From Octopus sinensis (taxonomy: Eukaryota): a DNA stretch of 64,000 bases. A model generated the notes under the pieces. The model worked only from the letters and a program-made list of their open reading frames with translations. It did no database searches and was not told where the DNA came from. The stretch is taken from contig NC_043002.1 of the NCBI RefSeq assembly GCF_006345805.1, positions 62,558,001 through 62,622,000 of the forward strand, in the 5' to 3' direction. This document shows, piece by piece, positions 1 through 14,021 of this stretch; within the stretch, counting starts at the first letter, position 1; each line of letters begins with the position of its first letter. The position numbers were made by a program, and so were the translations under genes.

Positions 1-205
1 TGAATATGTGCGGTGTGTGTGAGGTTTTGTCCCCACCACTTGACAGCATGTGTTGGTTTGTTTGCTTTCCCGTAATCTAGTGGTTCGCCGTAAGAAACCG
101 ATGGAATAAGTTCCAGGCTTTAAAAATAAGTCTTTTTCTTCGACTAAAACCCTTCAAAGGGTTACCGCAGTATCACTGCAGTCCAATGAGTGGAACAAGT
201 AAATG
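1..205 (+). mobile_element. SINE family A, degenerate 3' half
   Basis: Diverged match to the 3' half of full-length copies at 18589-19075 and 27965-28412 (ttgacaac..gttgg..cgtaac/ctagcggttcg..accgatagaataag..aacaagtaaa). Confidence 0.55.
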
Positions 206-303
206 ATAAAAGATAATTATATGTACAATCCCCGTCCACTAGGCTAGACATTACAGCTCGAATTTGACAGGTAGGTTTAATCTATATTGTTTAAAATGTT
301 ACG

Positions 304-543
304 CAGGGTGTTCAAAATGTCTCTCCGCAATATGTGTTTTTATTGCCAAATAAATATTTATAAGATTATAATAAGATTGCAAAAGAATATATTAGACTTT
401 ACAAGGTGTTGAAAATGTGGCCTTCATTTTCAATACATAACTGAACTCTTCTACACATGTTTTGAAATACATCTTGGAGAGTCTGGCTCTTGGAGAGTCA
501 GGATGAAAAGAATTCACCACGGAGAGACTTTTTGAACACCCTG
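304..543 (-). mobile_element. Tc1/mariner-derived MITE, 240 bp
   Basis: 23-bp TIRs CAGGGTGTTCAAAA(T/A)GTCTCTCC at 304-326 and 521-543, with TA on the right flank. The minus strand retains a transposase C-terminal relic (QDVFQNMCRRVQLCIENEGHIFNTL*). A second copy lies at 55446-55682. Confidence 0.85.
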
Positions 544-567
544 TACTATCGTGACTTCTGCACCCAA

Positions 568-852
568 TAGGCGCAGCCATGGCTGTATGGTAAGAAGCTT
601 GTTTCTCGACCACATGGTTCCGGGTTCAGTCTCACTGCGTGGGAACTTGGACAAGTGTATTTTGCTACAGTCTCAGACCGACCATAGCTTTTTGTGCGGA
701 TATGTTAGACGGAAACCGAAAGAAGCCCGTCGTATGTGTGTATGTTTGTGTCTGTGTATGTCTCCACCACTGCTTGACAACCGGTGCTTGTGTTCTTGCG
801 TCCCTATGACGTAGCGGTTCGACAAAAATTACCGATAGAATAAGTGCCTGGC
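568..852 (+). mobile_element. SINE family A (tRNA-like head, CORE-like cttgggcaagtg segment), diverged
   Basis: taggcgcag..ggctgtatggtaagaagctt..catggttccgggttcagtctcactgcgt, matching the other family A copies. Confidence 0.8.
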
Positions 853-2106
853 ATGAAGAGAAATTTTTGAAGACTGGGCCTCAGTATAGACGTAGTCTGA
901 TGTCTGAAACAAGGATTAAAGATTAAAGAGATGAAAACCAATCAATTACATCGATATTATTGGCAAAGACAGACAACAAGAAATTGAGGGACCACCAAAG
1001 ATAAAACGCGACAGATTTCTCTCACAGGCATTGTGAGACGCTTCCTGCTTGCAACCGCTTCAAGGGGACAGTTGATCTACCCCAGTAACCAGCTCCTATG
1101 TTTGACTGACCCCGGAGAAATAGAAATTATGATAATAAAAATGATAATAATTCGGCCCTTATACTTCGTCATTCTTGGGGTCGATAAAATAAGCACCAAT
1201 TTGATGGCGCAATTATATTAAATATTTTGATATATTGTATAAGAAAATCGGAAAAGAAAAATATTCCTGAATAAGTCAATTACTTCAGCCAATCGAGATA
1301 GTTCTATAGAATTCCTTACATTCCAATATGCCCTCAAAGACATTTCAAATTAACTCGCAATAACCTTAAGAACTATTCCAGTCGATATTTTCAAGCCTCT
1401 CATTTTGTTGCTATATATTTCGACGTTAACGACTCTAATTATACATACATATATACGCACGCACACACAGATGAATATACACTTATACGCAAATCTAATA
1501 TAAACGGATATACATTGGATTTCCTGCTCTTTCAAACCCAATGGAAAACTGTATCGGAAAAATTCTTCCAATTTCACTAATTTTATTTCCTTCTTCACCA
1601 ATCATTGTTCTTCTATGAACTTTACAAGCTATATAGAGGAGATTTTAAGAAGTACAGACATACCATTTCTCTTTGGTGTTCTTCTTTCCTTTAATATATG
1701 TTACTCTGTCACTTCAACTCTCAACTCTCGGCCTAATCAATCAAAATACAGAACGTCATCAATCAATTTTATGGCAGAAATCTCAGCGAAGAAGTTAATT
1801 CATATTAGCACTTATAAAACAAACGCACATACGCACACACAACCATATTATGTATATCTCGTATTATTTATATACACATATGTCTTGTAATTTATATGTA
1901 ATATAAATTATAAATACATATGTGTATTATATATTAATGTTTGCTTTTAAGTTCAGTTATGATTAAGAACAATTTTACTTTAATCTGAAAAATTTACTCT
2001 ATATTTCTGGAGAGTTCATATTTATTCTTGTTAAATAAGAGTATTATTAACAGTAACTTCGAAGTTTCGGTCAGCGAAGTTCATCATCGGGAGCCCGATA
2101 TATATA

Positions 2107-2789
<683 letters not shown>

Positions 2790-2809
2790 TATATATTCAA
2801 AATGTGACC

Positions 2810-3010
2810 GCGTGTGTACAGTTGGCGATTTTTTCCCTCCGTCTTCCTGTCTTTGGATCTTTACTTTTCCTATGTTTCTGACGAAGAGCTCCGCTCGAAG
2901 CGTTAAACCCTCCTTCTTTCCTTCTTCCTGAGCGTCCAATAACATTATACTTGTTCCACGTCCTCGCGTTGTTGTGTTTTCTCTTTGTGTTTTCATGTTT
3001 GGATTAACTA
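2810..3010 (+). mobile_element. Short hammerhead-bearing element, family H2, ending in (TA)n
   Basis: Contains a hammerhead motif at 2874-2908. The 3' part (cctgagcgtccaataaca..tttggattaac|tatata) recurs at 40221-40312. Confidence 0.7.
2874..2908 (+). ncRNA. Minimal type-I hammerhead ribozyme motif (H2), A15.1 mutated to G
   Basis: GUUU-CUGACGA-A-GAGC(UCC)GCUC-GAAG-CG-UU-AAAC. Stem I is GUUU/AAAC and stem II is GAGC/GCUC. GAAG replaces GAAA in this copy. Confidence 0.6.
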
Positions 3011-3020
3011 TATATATATA

Positions 3021-3067
<47 letters not shown>

Positions 3068-3857
3068 GAGAGAGGAGAGAGAGCGATATTTATATATATA
3101 TACACATATATTTTATAGATATATAGATATATTTATATATATAAACACATATATTTAATATATATATATATATATGTGTGTGTGCGTGTGTGTGTGTGTG
3201 GTGTGTGTGTGTGTGTGTGTGTGTATGTGAGCGTATTCGTTCGCTGCTGATGATTTTGGTAGTCGCAGTAATGCATTTTCTTATATGTACGTTCAATGCC
3301 TCAAATTGATAATCGCTCCTGCTTTCACCAGATTTCGTTTACCTCCGGTTCTTTACATTCCACATTATTCCTATTGCACCCCGCCGTACACATACACAAC
3401 CACCACACTTATTTCATCCTTGCTGCACGAATACTAGTTCCAGGGCATACCATTTTACAACCACTCTAAATTTACAAACACCCACCCATCTCACACAACC
3501 TTTCATTACCATTGCCCCTACCCCCGTTTGCAACCTCATCCACCCATCGCACCACCCGTCAAACCACCCATCCATCCATCCATCCGATGAAGCATCCTGT
3601 TTCATTACGTCTATTCTCCCTTTTCTACCAACCAACCAACCAACAGTCTTCTCGAAACACCAGATATAACACCCAGCATACACCTAGTACTCCCACCCTT
3701 TGTTCATCTCGTTTCATTTTCTCTCCGTTCCTTAAATGTTGCACAGTTGTTAATGCCACACATTCGCATACAGCCATGCACACACTCGCGTATTGTCGTA
3801 CATATATACACAAACATATATACAAACAAGCAAATACACGTGCATACACAAATAGAA

Positions 3858-3925
<68 letters not shown>

Positions 3926-4875
3926 ACGCTCGCAAATACACATTTTACTTGTTACGCCCAACATTGACAGCTTTGTAGCTTTACACACACACACACACAT
4001 GCATATATATACATGCACTCACACAAATTAACAAACATGCATACACGTACGCACGGTCACACAAATACATACATATAAACATGCACGGCCAGATACAGGC
4101 ATACACTCACATGTCATTCTATATGTTCAGTACTGACAGCTCCTTCTTACACACACACATGCACACACAGACTCACACACACATACATACACGTGCTTAC
4201 GCGCTCATTTTACTCTCTACTTCAACACTGACAGCTTCTTAATGCACATACGCGAACACACACATACACAAAAACATGCACACACACACAACACACACAG
4301 AGACTCACACGCGCACAGATACAATCACTCAATCACACAAACACACACACACACACACACATACTTATGCAATCATTTTATTCTATACTTCAACACTGAC
4401 AGCTTCCTTAATACACATACGCACACACACAAATACATACACACATACACACGCACCGTCATACACATACAATAGTAGAGAAACACGCATACACACACAC
4501 ACACATTTTACTCCATGGGCTCGACACTGACAGCTCCCTAGTACACACAAACACACAAACGTACACACACACACACACACACACTCAGAGGCACACATTA
4601 CACAATACAGCTGTATGGCTTTTACAGCTACCTACGCACTCATCCGCATATATACGCAAACACACACCTACACACACGCCCACATTCACTGCCACATACA
4701 CATACATATAGACGCATACACACAAACAGAAACAAGCAGCCTTACATTCCATCACACCGTTTCTACCTCATTGATGCCACCACCCCCGCTTCCTGAAGAA
4801 CCCCACCCACCATAATCAATATTTTTATGTATTTATTTCTTCCTTTATCATCATCGCCGTCGTCGTCATCATCAT

Positions 4876-4910
<35 letters not shown>

Positions 4911-5152
4911 GCGTCATCGTCATCATCATCATCATTATTATTATCGATTGTGTTTTCCCCTTCAGCTAGGAATATCGATCAGTCTCCCCACCTTAATTTT
5001 ATTCCCCTTTAATCCATATACACTCATCTCTTTCTCTTCAATCTTTCTATTATACACCAACACATAAAGACGCATACATACATACATACATACATACATA
5101 CATACATACATACACACACATACATACACACATACATACATACATACATACA

Positions 5153-5184
<32 letters not shown>

Positions 5185-5364
5185 CAGACACACACACACA
5201 TACCTAGACACGAGTTTTATCAACTTTCCCCCACTCATCCTATACGCCCATCCCCACCCCACTCAAGATCAATCCCTTTTTCGTTCATTATCTACTTATC
5301 TCTATCAATCTACATATCTATATGTGTGTGTGCATATATATATATATACACGTGTATGTATACA

Positions 5365-5399
<35 letters not shown>

Positions 5400-5420
5400 T
5401 TATATGAATATATATATATA
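3009..5420. repeat. Microsatellite-rich tract: (TA)n, (CA)n, (TG)n, (ATC)n, (TACA)n
   Basis: Direct inspection of the sequence. Confidence 0.9.
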
Positions 5421-6311
5421 TATATATATTTTTTTTTTTTTACATGTGTACTCACAGCTATGTGTGTGGCTGTGAATCGTTCCATCTATATATTTACACA
5501 TTTACATAATTTAGTCTCAATTTATCAAACTCTAAATATTCTGTGTGACTAGATTTTAGCTGTCAATATATCTAGCTATCTATTTTGTTGGCAGAGATTG
5601 CGAAGTTCTCCCATTGATGCCTTTTTCAAACAAGCTGAAAGTGTAAACAGGGAAGCATAAATGATACTTCGATGTCACTGTCAACAACATTGCAACAAAT
5701 GTTTGACTCTCAACACAAGTATTTTGTATTACAATAGTATGCGTTGGTTCTATGTATATAAAGAACGTTTGTAAAATTGTAAAATCCAAGAGGAAGGTTG
5801 TAACTAGGATCTGCTTCCAAACCTTTATATACCCAGTTTATAAATTCACATTTATAGTTATAATAATTGATCTACATGGTTTTGTTAGTAAAATGTCTAA
5901 GTGACAATCTTGAAAAGGTAGAGTTTTCAAAAATAGAAATCAACCAGCGATCACGCACGTTATAAATGCATTCTGGAGTAAAGATATGTAAGACATTCTT
6001 CAAGTATAGAATGTGAACTTGATTTTCATATTTACGTTTCGACGATGGAGCTTTGTATATATGTTAGAAACCAGCTATTTCCTTTCAGGAATATTTCAAA
6101 TGATTAAAATATAGAAGAAAACACGCACATACGTTTGTGTGTGTGTGTGTGTGTGTCTGCGTGTGTGTCTAAATGCAGTGCACTAAAAATGATTTTGCTA
6201 TTGGTGAATGAGGTTCCAAATGCATGCAAATGTCATGTTGAAATGAATTGAGAGGCGCAAATATTGCAGACAATTCTCTGTATATACGTGTGTGAGTGCA
6301 TATAAATACAT

Positions 6312-6350
<39 letters not shown>

Positions 6351-6884
6351 CATATATATTTATACATATACATATGTGTGTGTGCACATGTATATATATA
6401 TATGCATTTGTGACTGTGTATATTTCCAAGCCTGTGTATTTTAATATACTGACACATCTTTTGTAAGTGAAATTAAATTCTTCATATCGAAGAATATTGC
6501 GAGGATGAGAGCTTTATATTATCCCGAATTCCGGTTTACGTAGCACTGAGACCGGAAACAATAAGAGAAAGAGAGAGTAAGAAAATATTGACAGTGAGAG
6601 AGAATAGGGCGTAAGAGGAAGAAACATTCAATTCACCATCTTGAGATGTCAATGTGTAATGTGTAACTCTTTACGAAATGTTGGCTTAAATAATATTCTG
6701 CGAAAAGTGCCATCGCTGTTTTGGCAGTGTAGCCATTAAGACTTGCTGCAGTGAATTACACAGTCTGTGGTACCACCGTGAAATAATGGGACTAGATATA
6801 TATTCTATAGTAAAACGTAATGGGCATTGGCATATCACAATGCATATAAAAGCTAACACTGTACTTAATAATAGTAATAATAAC

Positions 6885-6920
<36 letters not shown>

Positions 6921-6928
6921 TTTAATAC

Positions 6929-7262
6929 CCAGCTGACAACAAAGTATATGATAAGGAAGAAAGAAAAGGCGATAGATATGACAGGTTAGCTTGGGAGGTT
7001 AAGCAGTTGTGGTCGATGAAAAATGTGGTAGTAGTACCAATAATTGTCGGAGCCCTGGGAACATTGAGTAAAAATCTTGAGAAGTACGTGGAACAAATAG
7101 GGGCTGCAATAAGGGTGGAGCACTTGCAGAAAACAGCACTGCTTGGAACCGCTCGAATACTCCGAAAGGTGCTCCAAAAATAAGAGGTGTTACCTTTGTT
7201 CACTGGTAGTGAACAGCTGACACTGTAGTACATCTCCAGCGTTAGAAGATATGCAAAGGCAA
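6929..7262 (+). mobile_element. R4/Dong-clade non-LTR retrotransposon, 5'-truncated 3' end (REL endonuclease C-terminus plus 3' UTR)
   Basis: 6929-7183 reads PADNKVYDKEERKGDRYDRLAWEVKQLWSMKNVVVVPIIVGALGTLSKNLEKYVEQIGAAIRVEHLQKTALLGTARILRKVLQK*. It is flanked on both sides by (AAT)n. Confidence 0.85.
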
Positions 7263-7264
7263 TG

Positions 7265-7297
<33 letters not shown>

Positions 7298-7299
<2 letters not shown>

Positions 7300-7481
7300 T
7301 GGAGCTGCTGTCAGATTCGAAGTGATGCAGAAGACAGTATTGTTGGGTACATATTGCATTCTAAGGAGAGTATTATCGCTTTGAGTCACAAGAGAAGGCG
7401 CTACTTGAAAAATTTGGTGATTTGTTACTGCCTGCTTCCAAGTAAAGAATAACCAGTAATTAAAAACAATCCGATTGTCTT
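7298..7481 (+). mobile_element. Second R4/Dong-like 3' end from a different subfamily
   Basis: 7298-7384 reads TGAAVRFEVMQKTVLLGTYCILRRVLSL*, followed by a different UTR and a (TAA)n tail. Confidence 0.7.
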
Positions 7482-7504
7482 TAATAATAATAATAATAAT
7501 AATA

Positions 7505-7633
7505 GAAAAATACCTTAGGAATGAGAACCCAGTTTCGAAATTTCCCCCAAGACACCTGATGAAGGCTGGAGAGTATATCAGCCGAAACGTTAACAACAAA
7601 GATGAGGACAAATATCTGTCAAATGTAAATAAT
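7505..7633 (+). mobile_element. Hammerhead-SINE family H1, headless body
   Basis: gaaaaataccttaggaatgagaaccc..gacacCTGATGAAGGCTG..CAGCCGAAACGTT..gaggacaaatatc..aaatgtaaataat. Same body as the copies at 37562, 44513, 57377 and 57619. Confidence 0.85.
7551..7591 (+). ncRNA. Hammerhead motif (H1) lacking the 3' strand of stem I
   Basis: GACAC-CUGAUGA-A-GGCUG(GAGAGUAUAU)CAGCC-GAAA-CG-UU. The GUGUU that follows in the 57423 copy is deleted here. Confidence 0.65.
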
Positions 7634-7761
7634 ATAGTAGCATTTTCGTTTAGAACGTAAAGAGCCGTTAGAAATGCCGCTGTATATTTTGTTCGGCGCG
7701 TTAATGATGCAACAATAAGTCTTTCTAATTTTAGGCTCGAGGCCTAAAGAAGGGGTTTTTT

Positions 7762-7922
7762 TGTTCAATTACATTAATCCCAGTGTTCAACAGATAATTA
7801 TTTTATCAACCTTGAAACGATGAAAAGCAAAGTCGACCTTGGCGGAATTAGAATTCAGAGCGTAAAGTGCAAGAACGCCGCTAAGCCTTTTATGAGTCAC
7901 GCTAACGGTTCTACTTGCTCGC
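7762..7922 (-). mobile_element. SINE family B, diverged
   Basis: tgaaaagcaaagtcgaccttggcggaattagaattcagagcgta is the reverse complement of the family B B-box/core. Confidence 0.7.
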
Positions 7923-8284
7923 AGAATACAACAATGTGATATTATTATATACACATATTCTGGTTTTGTTAACAATAATTAAGTAGTGAAGTTGAGGACA
8001 CCAAAATATTTGAGAAGCTACCAAAGGCAGAAAGACGAAATATGTCAAGCAAAAGAAGCCATCACAAAATGTACGAGCATGAAACACAAGTTAAAAACAC
8101 ACGACAGAAAAGTAACAATAAAATAATTATGATGGGGAAATCTTATATATAAAGCTGAAGTTATCTGTGTATGGCAGGTTTGGTAGCCTTCAACTATCAC
8201 TATCTCTTCCGAGACCCTGCGGCGTAAGTTGACCACAATTGACAGTATGGTAGAAGAAGGCTTGCTCTTCCTCCCGTAGAAGAA

Positions 8285-8528
8285 AAAATTCAAATCGGAC
8301 CATGTTAAGACCAAAATTTATTTACATCAAAAACGTGCTTTTTTCTATGAAAATCCCTATTTTTTATGATTTTTTGATTGCTGTGTCGTCATTTTTCGGT
8401 GTATTTCAACCAGAAATATGTTCACTTAAAGACAATAACAAGCTACATAATGCAAAATTTTTAATTTTCAAAAATTCCAATTCTAAAGGGTCAAAACAAA
8501 CCTGAGCAACGCCGGGCGATACTGCTAG
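8285..8528 (+). mobile_element. Possible non-autonomous Helitron 3' end
   Basis: GC-rich subterminal segment cctgagcaacgccggg followed by CTAG|T at 8525-8529. The 5' end was not located. Confidence 0.4.
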
Positions 8529-8539
8529 TTATGCATAAA

Positions 8540-8690
8540 CACGTGAGGAATATCGTTGGCGAATTTTGGAATGACACTCTGTGCTCACACCGAACAATTA
8601 ACATGGGTAGTTTATTCCATGCTTCGGCGATTCTGAGAATGAAAAAGTTATTTTGCAAATCATTGGTGCTGCACTGGATCACATGACTTC
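8540..8690 (-). mobile_element. CR1-type LINE 3' fragment
   Basis: Minus-strand NNFFILRIAEAWNKLPMLIVRCEHRVSFQN matches the CR1 ORF2 C-terminal pattern (xNFFxxRVxxxWNxLPxxVV...SFK). Confidence 0.7.
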
Positions 8691-9589
8691 ATTTTTGTAC
8701 ATAATTCCGTGCGTGTCTCATGTTTTCAAATTTGCGCCAAAACTCTCCTACTGAAATTTTAATGAATTCACAAGAATTGGATTGTTACTGAATCACGTGT
8801 ATGCAGACACGTGAGTAGAATCTGAAACCGAGATGCAAATTCTGAAGTTTTTCATGAAACGATTGAAATTCATAACTGATGCACGCGTTCTGAAATCGAC
8901 TGCCACATCTGTACTGAAATTGTACCGATTTATATGTTCTGTTTGCGTACAGAATAATAATTGCGACAAAATGTTCAAAGATATATATCATTTATATTCC
9001 CTGTGTGAAAAGAGCTAGGAATTGCGTGACAAGGAACCTAAAAACCTTGTAAAATCTCTAAGTTCATAGATGGCCATCAAAGAAAACTTTCTTCTGAGAG
9101 CGAAGAAAAAGTAAAATAAGAGGAAATATCAAACGATGTTTATGTATTTATTTATTTGTCCATACCAGATATACTGATTTTAGAAATGATATGAAGGTTA
9201 TATGAAAATTTTAATAGATTAGCACAGGGCCACGTGTTGATTTTTTTCTGTGTGTGTGTGTTTTTATACGAAGGTGAAAACTGGGACTAAATCTACTAAA
9301 AGTTAAGTGTTTAAAATGTTACATGACAAGAAGTGTGGGATGGTATAAAACTATTGACGGCAGTCATTCGAACCCGGAATTTTGAAAGCAAATGCTGATG
9401 CAAATTTTAATAAGCACAGAGGTTGTTTTTGTGCTGTTTTTTTTTTTTTTTACCATATCTACTGCTGCTCGTCCTTCACCGATCGGAGATAAAGTAATAA
9501 AAGGAATTTATTATTGCTATACGCAATATTGTAACACATCAAAGGAGATTTAGAAAATATAACTATAAAAATATGTGTGTGTGTAAGCG

Positions 9590-9755
9590 TGTGTACGATG
9601 TATATATATATATATAATATATATATATTATATATATATAAATAGATAGAAGATAGATATATATATATATATAGATATATGTATATATATAGATATATGT
9701 ATATATATAGATATATGTATATATTTTATTGATTATATTATATATATGTATATAT

Positions 9756-9790
<35 letters not shown>

Positions 9791-9996
9791 TAGATATATG
9801 TATATATATAGATATATGTATTATATAGATATTGTATATATATAGATATATGATATATATAGATATATGTATATATATACATATATGTATATATATATAT
9901 ATATATATAGATATAGTATTAGAATATGTAGATATATATCTATTACATTTTTATTAATATATATATATATATATACACATTATATATATATACCAC

Positions 9997-10029
<33 letters not shown>

Positions 10030-10470
10030 ATACACACATATATATATACACATATATATACATATATTATCTATATATATACATGTATATATATACCTAT
10101 ATATGCATGTATATATACGTATGCCCAGTATGTCTATACTTATATATGCATATCTACTCACATACAGTTATAGATATACATATAAGTATACGTATATACA
10201 TCTGTATATATACATACACACGTACATACTTGAATACAGAGACAGAAGAGCAGACAGACAGGGAGAAAAATAGATAAACAAACAGACAGACAGACAAATA
10301 GATAGATAGATAGACAGACTGACTGACTGACAGATAGATAGATAGATAGATAGATAAATAGATAGACATACGGACGAACAGAAAGACAGACAGATAGCTA
10401 GATTAATATTCATACACATATATTAACACACGCGTTGGTGTATGTATGTATGTATGTATGTATGTATGCA
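9590..10470. repeat. Degenerate (TA)n/(TAGA)n/(GACA)n microsatellite
   Basis: Direct inspection of the sequence. Confidence 0.9.
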
Positions 10471-11432
10471 TTAGTGTGTGTGATTGTGTGATAAGTGTGC
10501 GCGTCAGTGTGTATATGACTGTGAATGCATGTGAGTGTAGTTTGAATCGAAAAGAATAGTACGACCCCTAGAGACACGCCAAAGAAAAAGAAAATATAAA
10601 AATTTTTAAATATAACGAAAACTTTTGATCAAAGCAAAAAAAAAATAAATAAATAAATTATCATAAAAAATGAAGATCAAGAGAAAGAAAAGGGAAAAGA
10701 ATGGAAGAAATTGGCAAGAAATGAAGGAAAAAATTCTCTTTCTTTATAGCAGATACCAAATAAAGAATGATAAGGAAACAGATTGGTAGATTCATGGAGG
10801 CTGCAAGAAACCGTATTAACAGTATTGTGGAAAGATGTAGTTCTCGAAGATGATGGGCAGATGGAATGGCGGCGGGGAATTGGTAATGTTGAGGATGACA
10901 GACAGGGTGATTCTATTGTGCTGTCTTAGGTCTTATAGTCTCTTCTGATTTACCATATAGCTGTCTGGGATGGAAGAAATGTGAGGTTGGTGGGGGGGTT
11001 GTATGTGTATGTAACGAGGTTATATATGGGTATTTTCTCCGAATGAAAGGTATTTCGTATTTCTGTAAATAACAATATATATATATATGTATTGTATGTA
11101 GCATACATGATATATATATATATATATATAGGTATATATATAAAATATATATATATATATATTATATATATATTAGAGTGTATGATATCATATGTTTGTA
11201 TGTGTGGTGATGTTGATTTACCGAGAAGCGATAAATTATCACATTCAATACGCATCAGTACGATTATACGTAGATGAATTTTAACGTAAGTCTCCAAAAT
11301 GTGAGTAGTCTGTGTTGCGCCACAAATCTGTTTGAGCAGTAAAAAAAAAATGAGCATCTTAAATCATACGATATATTTTGCATATATTTTCTCATTTTGC
11401 AAGAGAGCGAGCACACACACACACACACACAT

Positions 11433-11483
<51 letters not shown>

Positions 11484-11751
11484 GTGTGTTTGTGGGTGTG
11501 TGTGTGTGTGGACACACATTATTTGTCTATAACAGTGCAACAAAGCGTTCTATGACGATCCAAGCAATGACGATGGGGGAATGTACGGAGAAACTTGGAA
11601 TAAAAACTTGTTTATCGTAATTTTGTGAGTTTATGTATGTATGTTTGTATGTGTGTATGTATGTTTGTTTGTATGTATATATGTATGTATGTATGTATGT
11701 ATATATGTATGTGTATGTATGTATGCATGTATGTTTGTATGAATGCATCTT

Positions 11752-11942
11752 TTTATTTATTTCAGTCATTTGACTGCGGCCGTGCTGGAGCACCGCCTTT
11801 AGTCAAACAAATGGACCCCAGTACTTATTCTTTATAAGCCCAGTACTTATTCTAGCGATCTCCTTTGCTGCACTGCTAAGTTACGGAGATGTAAACGAAC
11901 CAGCATCGGTTGTCAAGCGATGTTAGGGGATGACAAACACAG

Positions 11943-12029
<87 letters not shown>

Positions 12030-12187
12030 ACGGTCTTCTTTCAATTTCCGTCTCCCAAATCCACTCGCAAGGGTTTGGTTGGCCCCAGGCTATAGTAGGA
12101 GACACCTGCCCAATGTGTCACACAGTGGGACTGAACCCGGAACCATGTAGTTCGTAAGCAAGCTATTTACCTCACGGCGATTCCTAT
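11752..12187 (-). mobile_element. SINE family A, full length
   Basis: Both halves are present around an internal (CA)n(TA)n(TG)n tract. Confidence 0.9.
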
Positions 12188-13384
12188 GTCTACTTATGTA
12201 TGTATGTATGTATGTATAGCAGACAAGTTGAAATAATGATCATTACATATAATTCCTTTATTACAGTAAATTTGGCTATCAGATGTTTCTAGTAGTCATT
12301 ATACATAGGTTTATTCAATTGGTCTATTGATTAGCTGAGGTAATTTGAAAGACTTAAAGAAATTGATGATACCTTCGCCATAGCCATCGTAGGAAAGATA
12401 TATATATATATGAACGTGTTTGTTTACAAATATTATATGTAGTATTAAACAGTTTTAGTATATATATTAACTAAATTTGGCTAAAATTGATGGGTGAGCA
12501 TTTGGGCCAATCGGATGCACAAGGAGCCGTGTTAGCATCGATTTGTGGGTTTGATTCTGGAGGGGTTATCTCATTATTCTTCAGCCATGTGTTTGTATTT
12601 ACAAAACTGTCGTTTCAAATCAGAGAATATAATATTACTATGATATATTATTATACAGTTATACTACATAACTTCGATAGGTTTCGGCCAGTATAGGCCC
12701 AGGACATATCTAACTTAATAGCACCACCTGGTGATATATATATTTAGTTATTGTGTACTGTGTAAATATATGCGCGCAGAGAAGCTCAACCACAACAGGG
12801 TTCAAATGATTAACACACACACGCACACACATACACACACACACAACACACACACACACACCACACACACACACACACACACCACACACACACACATCCC
12901 ACAAATACGAACAACCATGCCGATGCGTTTACAAATTATTTATTTGAGCATACAAGCATACACATCTTCAAATACGATAATCCCTCGACTATCGCGAATG
13001 TAACGTTCCACAACTTCCCGCGATAGCTGAGAAAATATAAATATCAATCGGCTGCAGAAACCCGCGATATACCGACGAGTGCGTGATATAAATTTACATA
13101 TATTAACCAGAAAATTCCGCGATGTACTAAGTACGCGATAGGTATACCGCGATATGGCGATGTATATATGTGCATGCGTGTATCTACTGGCATCTAATGA
13201 AGAATGTAGTTTTATTTATACGCATACGGAAGCAAAAATACATACATGTACATATACAGAGCTGCTCGCAAATGTACCTAGGCACAGACACATGCTTAAA
13301 CAACCAAATGGATACATTGACACACGTAAATGCATACGCCTGTCAACAACGCCTAGGGTGATATCTTAGCGCATTCTTACAGAA

Positions 13385-13584
13385 TATATGTATATATATG
13401 TGTGTGTGTGTGTATGTGTGTGTAAGCATGTATGTTATATATCTATATATATATATATATATATAATATATATATATTTATATATGAATAAGTATGTATA
13501 TATAAATATGTATGTATATTATGTATGTATGTATGTATGTATATATATTATGTATGTATATATGTATGTATATATATATGTATG

Positions 13585-13641
<57 letters not shown>

Positions 13642-13978
13642 GTATGTATATATATATATGTATGTATATATATATATATGTATACATATATGTATATATG
13701 TATACATATGTATATACTTATATATATATATACATATATATATACATATATACTTATATATATTTATATATATAAGTATATATGTATATATATATATGTA
13801 TATACACGTATACACGCGCATACGCACATACATACATATATGTGTGAGTGAGTGCGCACGTGCATGTGTTTGTGTGTGTGTATATACATGCATACACACA
13901 CAAACACATATTCATTCATCTGTGCATACGTTCATTCTTACATTCATGCATACATGTATTTATGCGTGTGTATGCCTC

Positions 13979-14020
<42 letters not shown>
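13385..14020. repeat. (TA)n/(TATG)n/(TG)n microsatellite
   Basis: Direct inspection of the sequence. Confidence 0.9.

Positions 14021-14021
<1 letters not shown>

Noticed and set aside
5595-5660. Possible terminal exon after ggcag (RLRSSPIDAFFKQAESVNREA*)
   Set aside because: No recognisable homology and no supportable upstream exons. It needs RNA-seq or tblastn.
6922-7611. 229-aa minus-strand ORF
   Set aside because: It is an antisense read-through of R4/Dong fragments, (TAA)n and the H1 body. The meaningful frame is on the plus strand.
8178-8223. 46-nt candidate exon (ag|..|gtaagt; LVAFNYHYLFRDPA)
   Set aside because: Good donor but poor polypyrimidine tract and no recognisable protein. 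Such matches are expected by chance in 64 kb.
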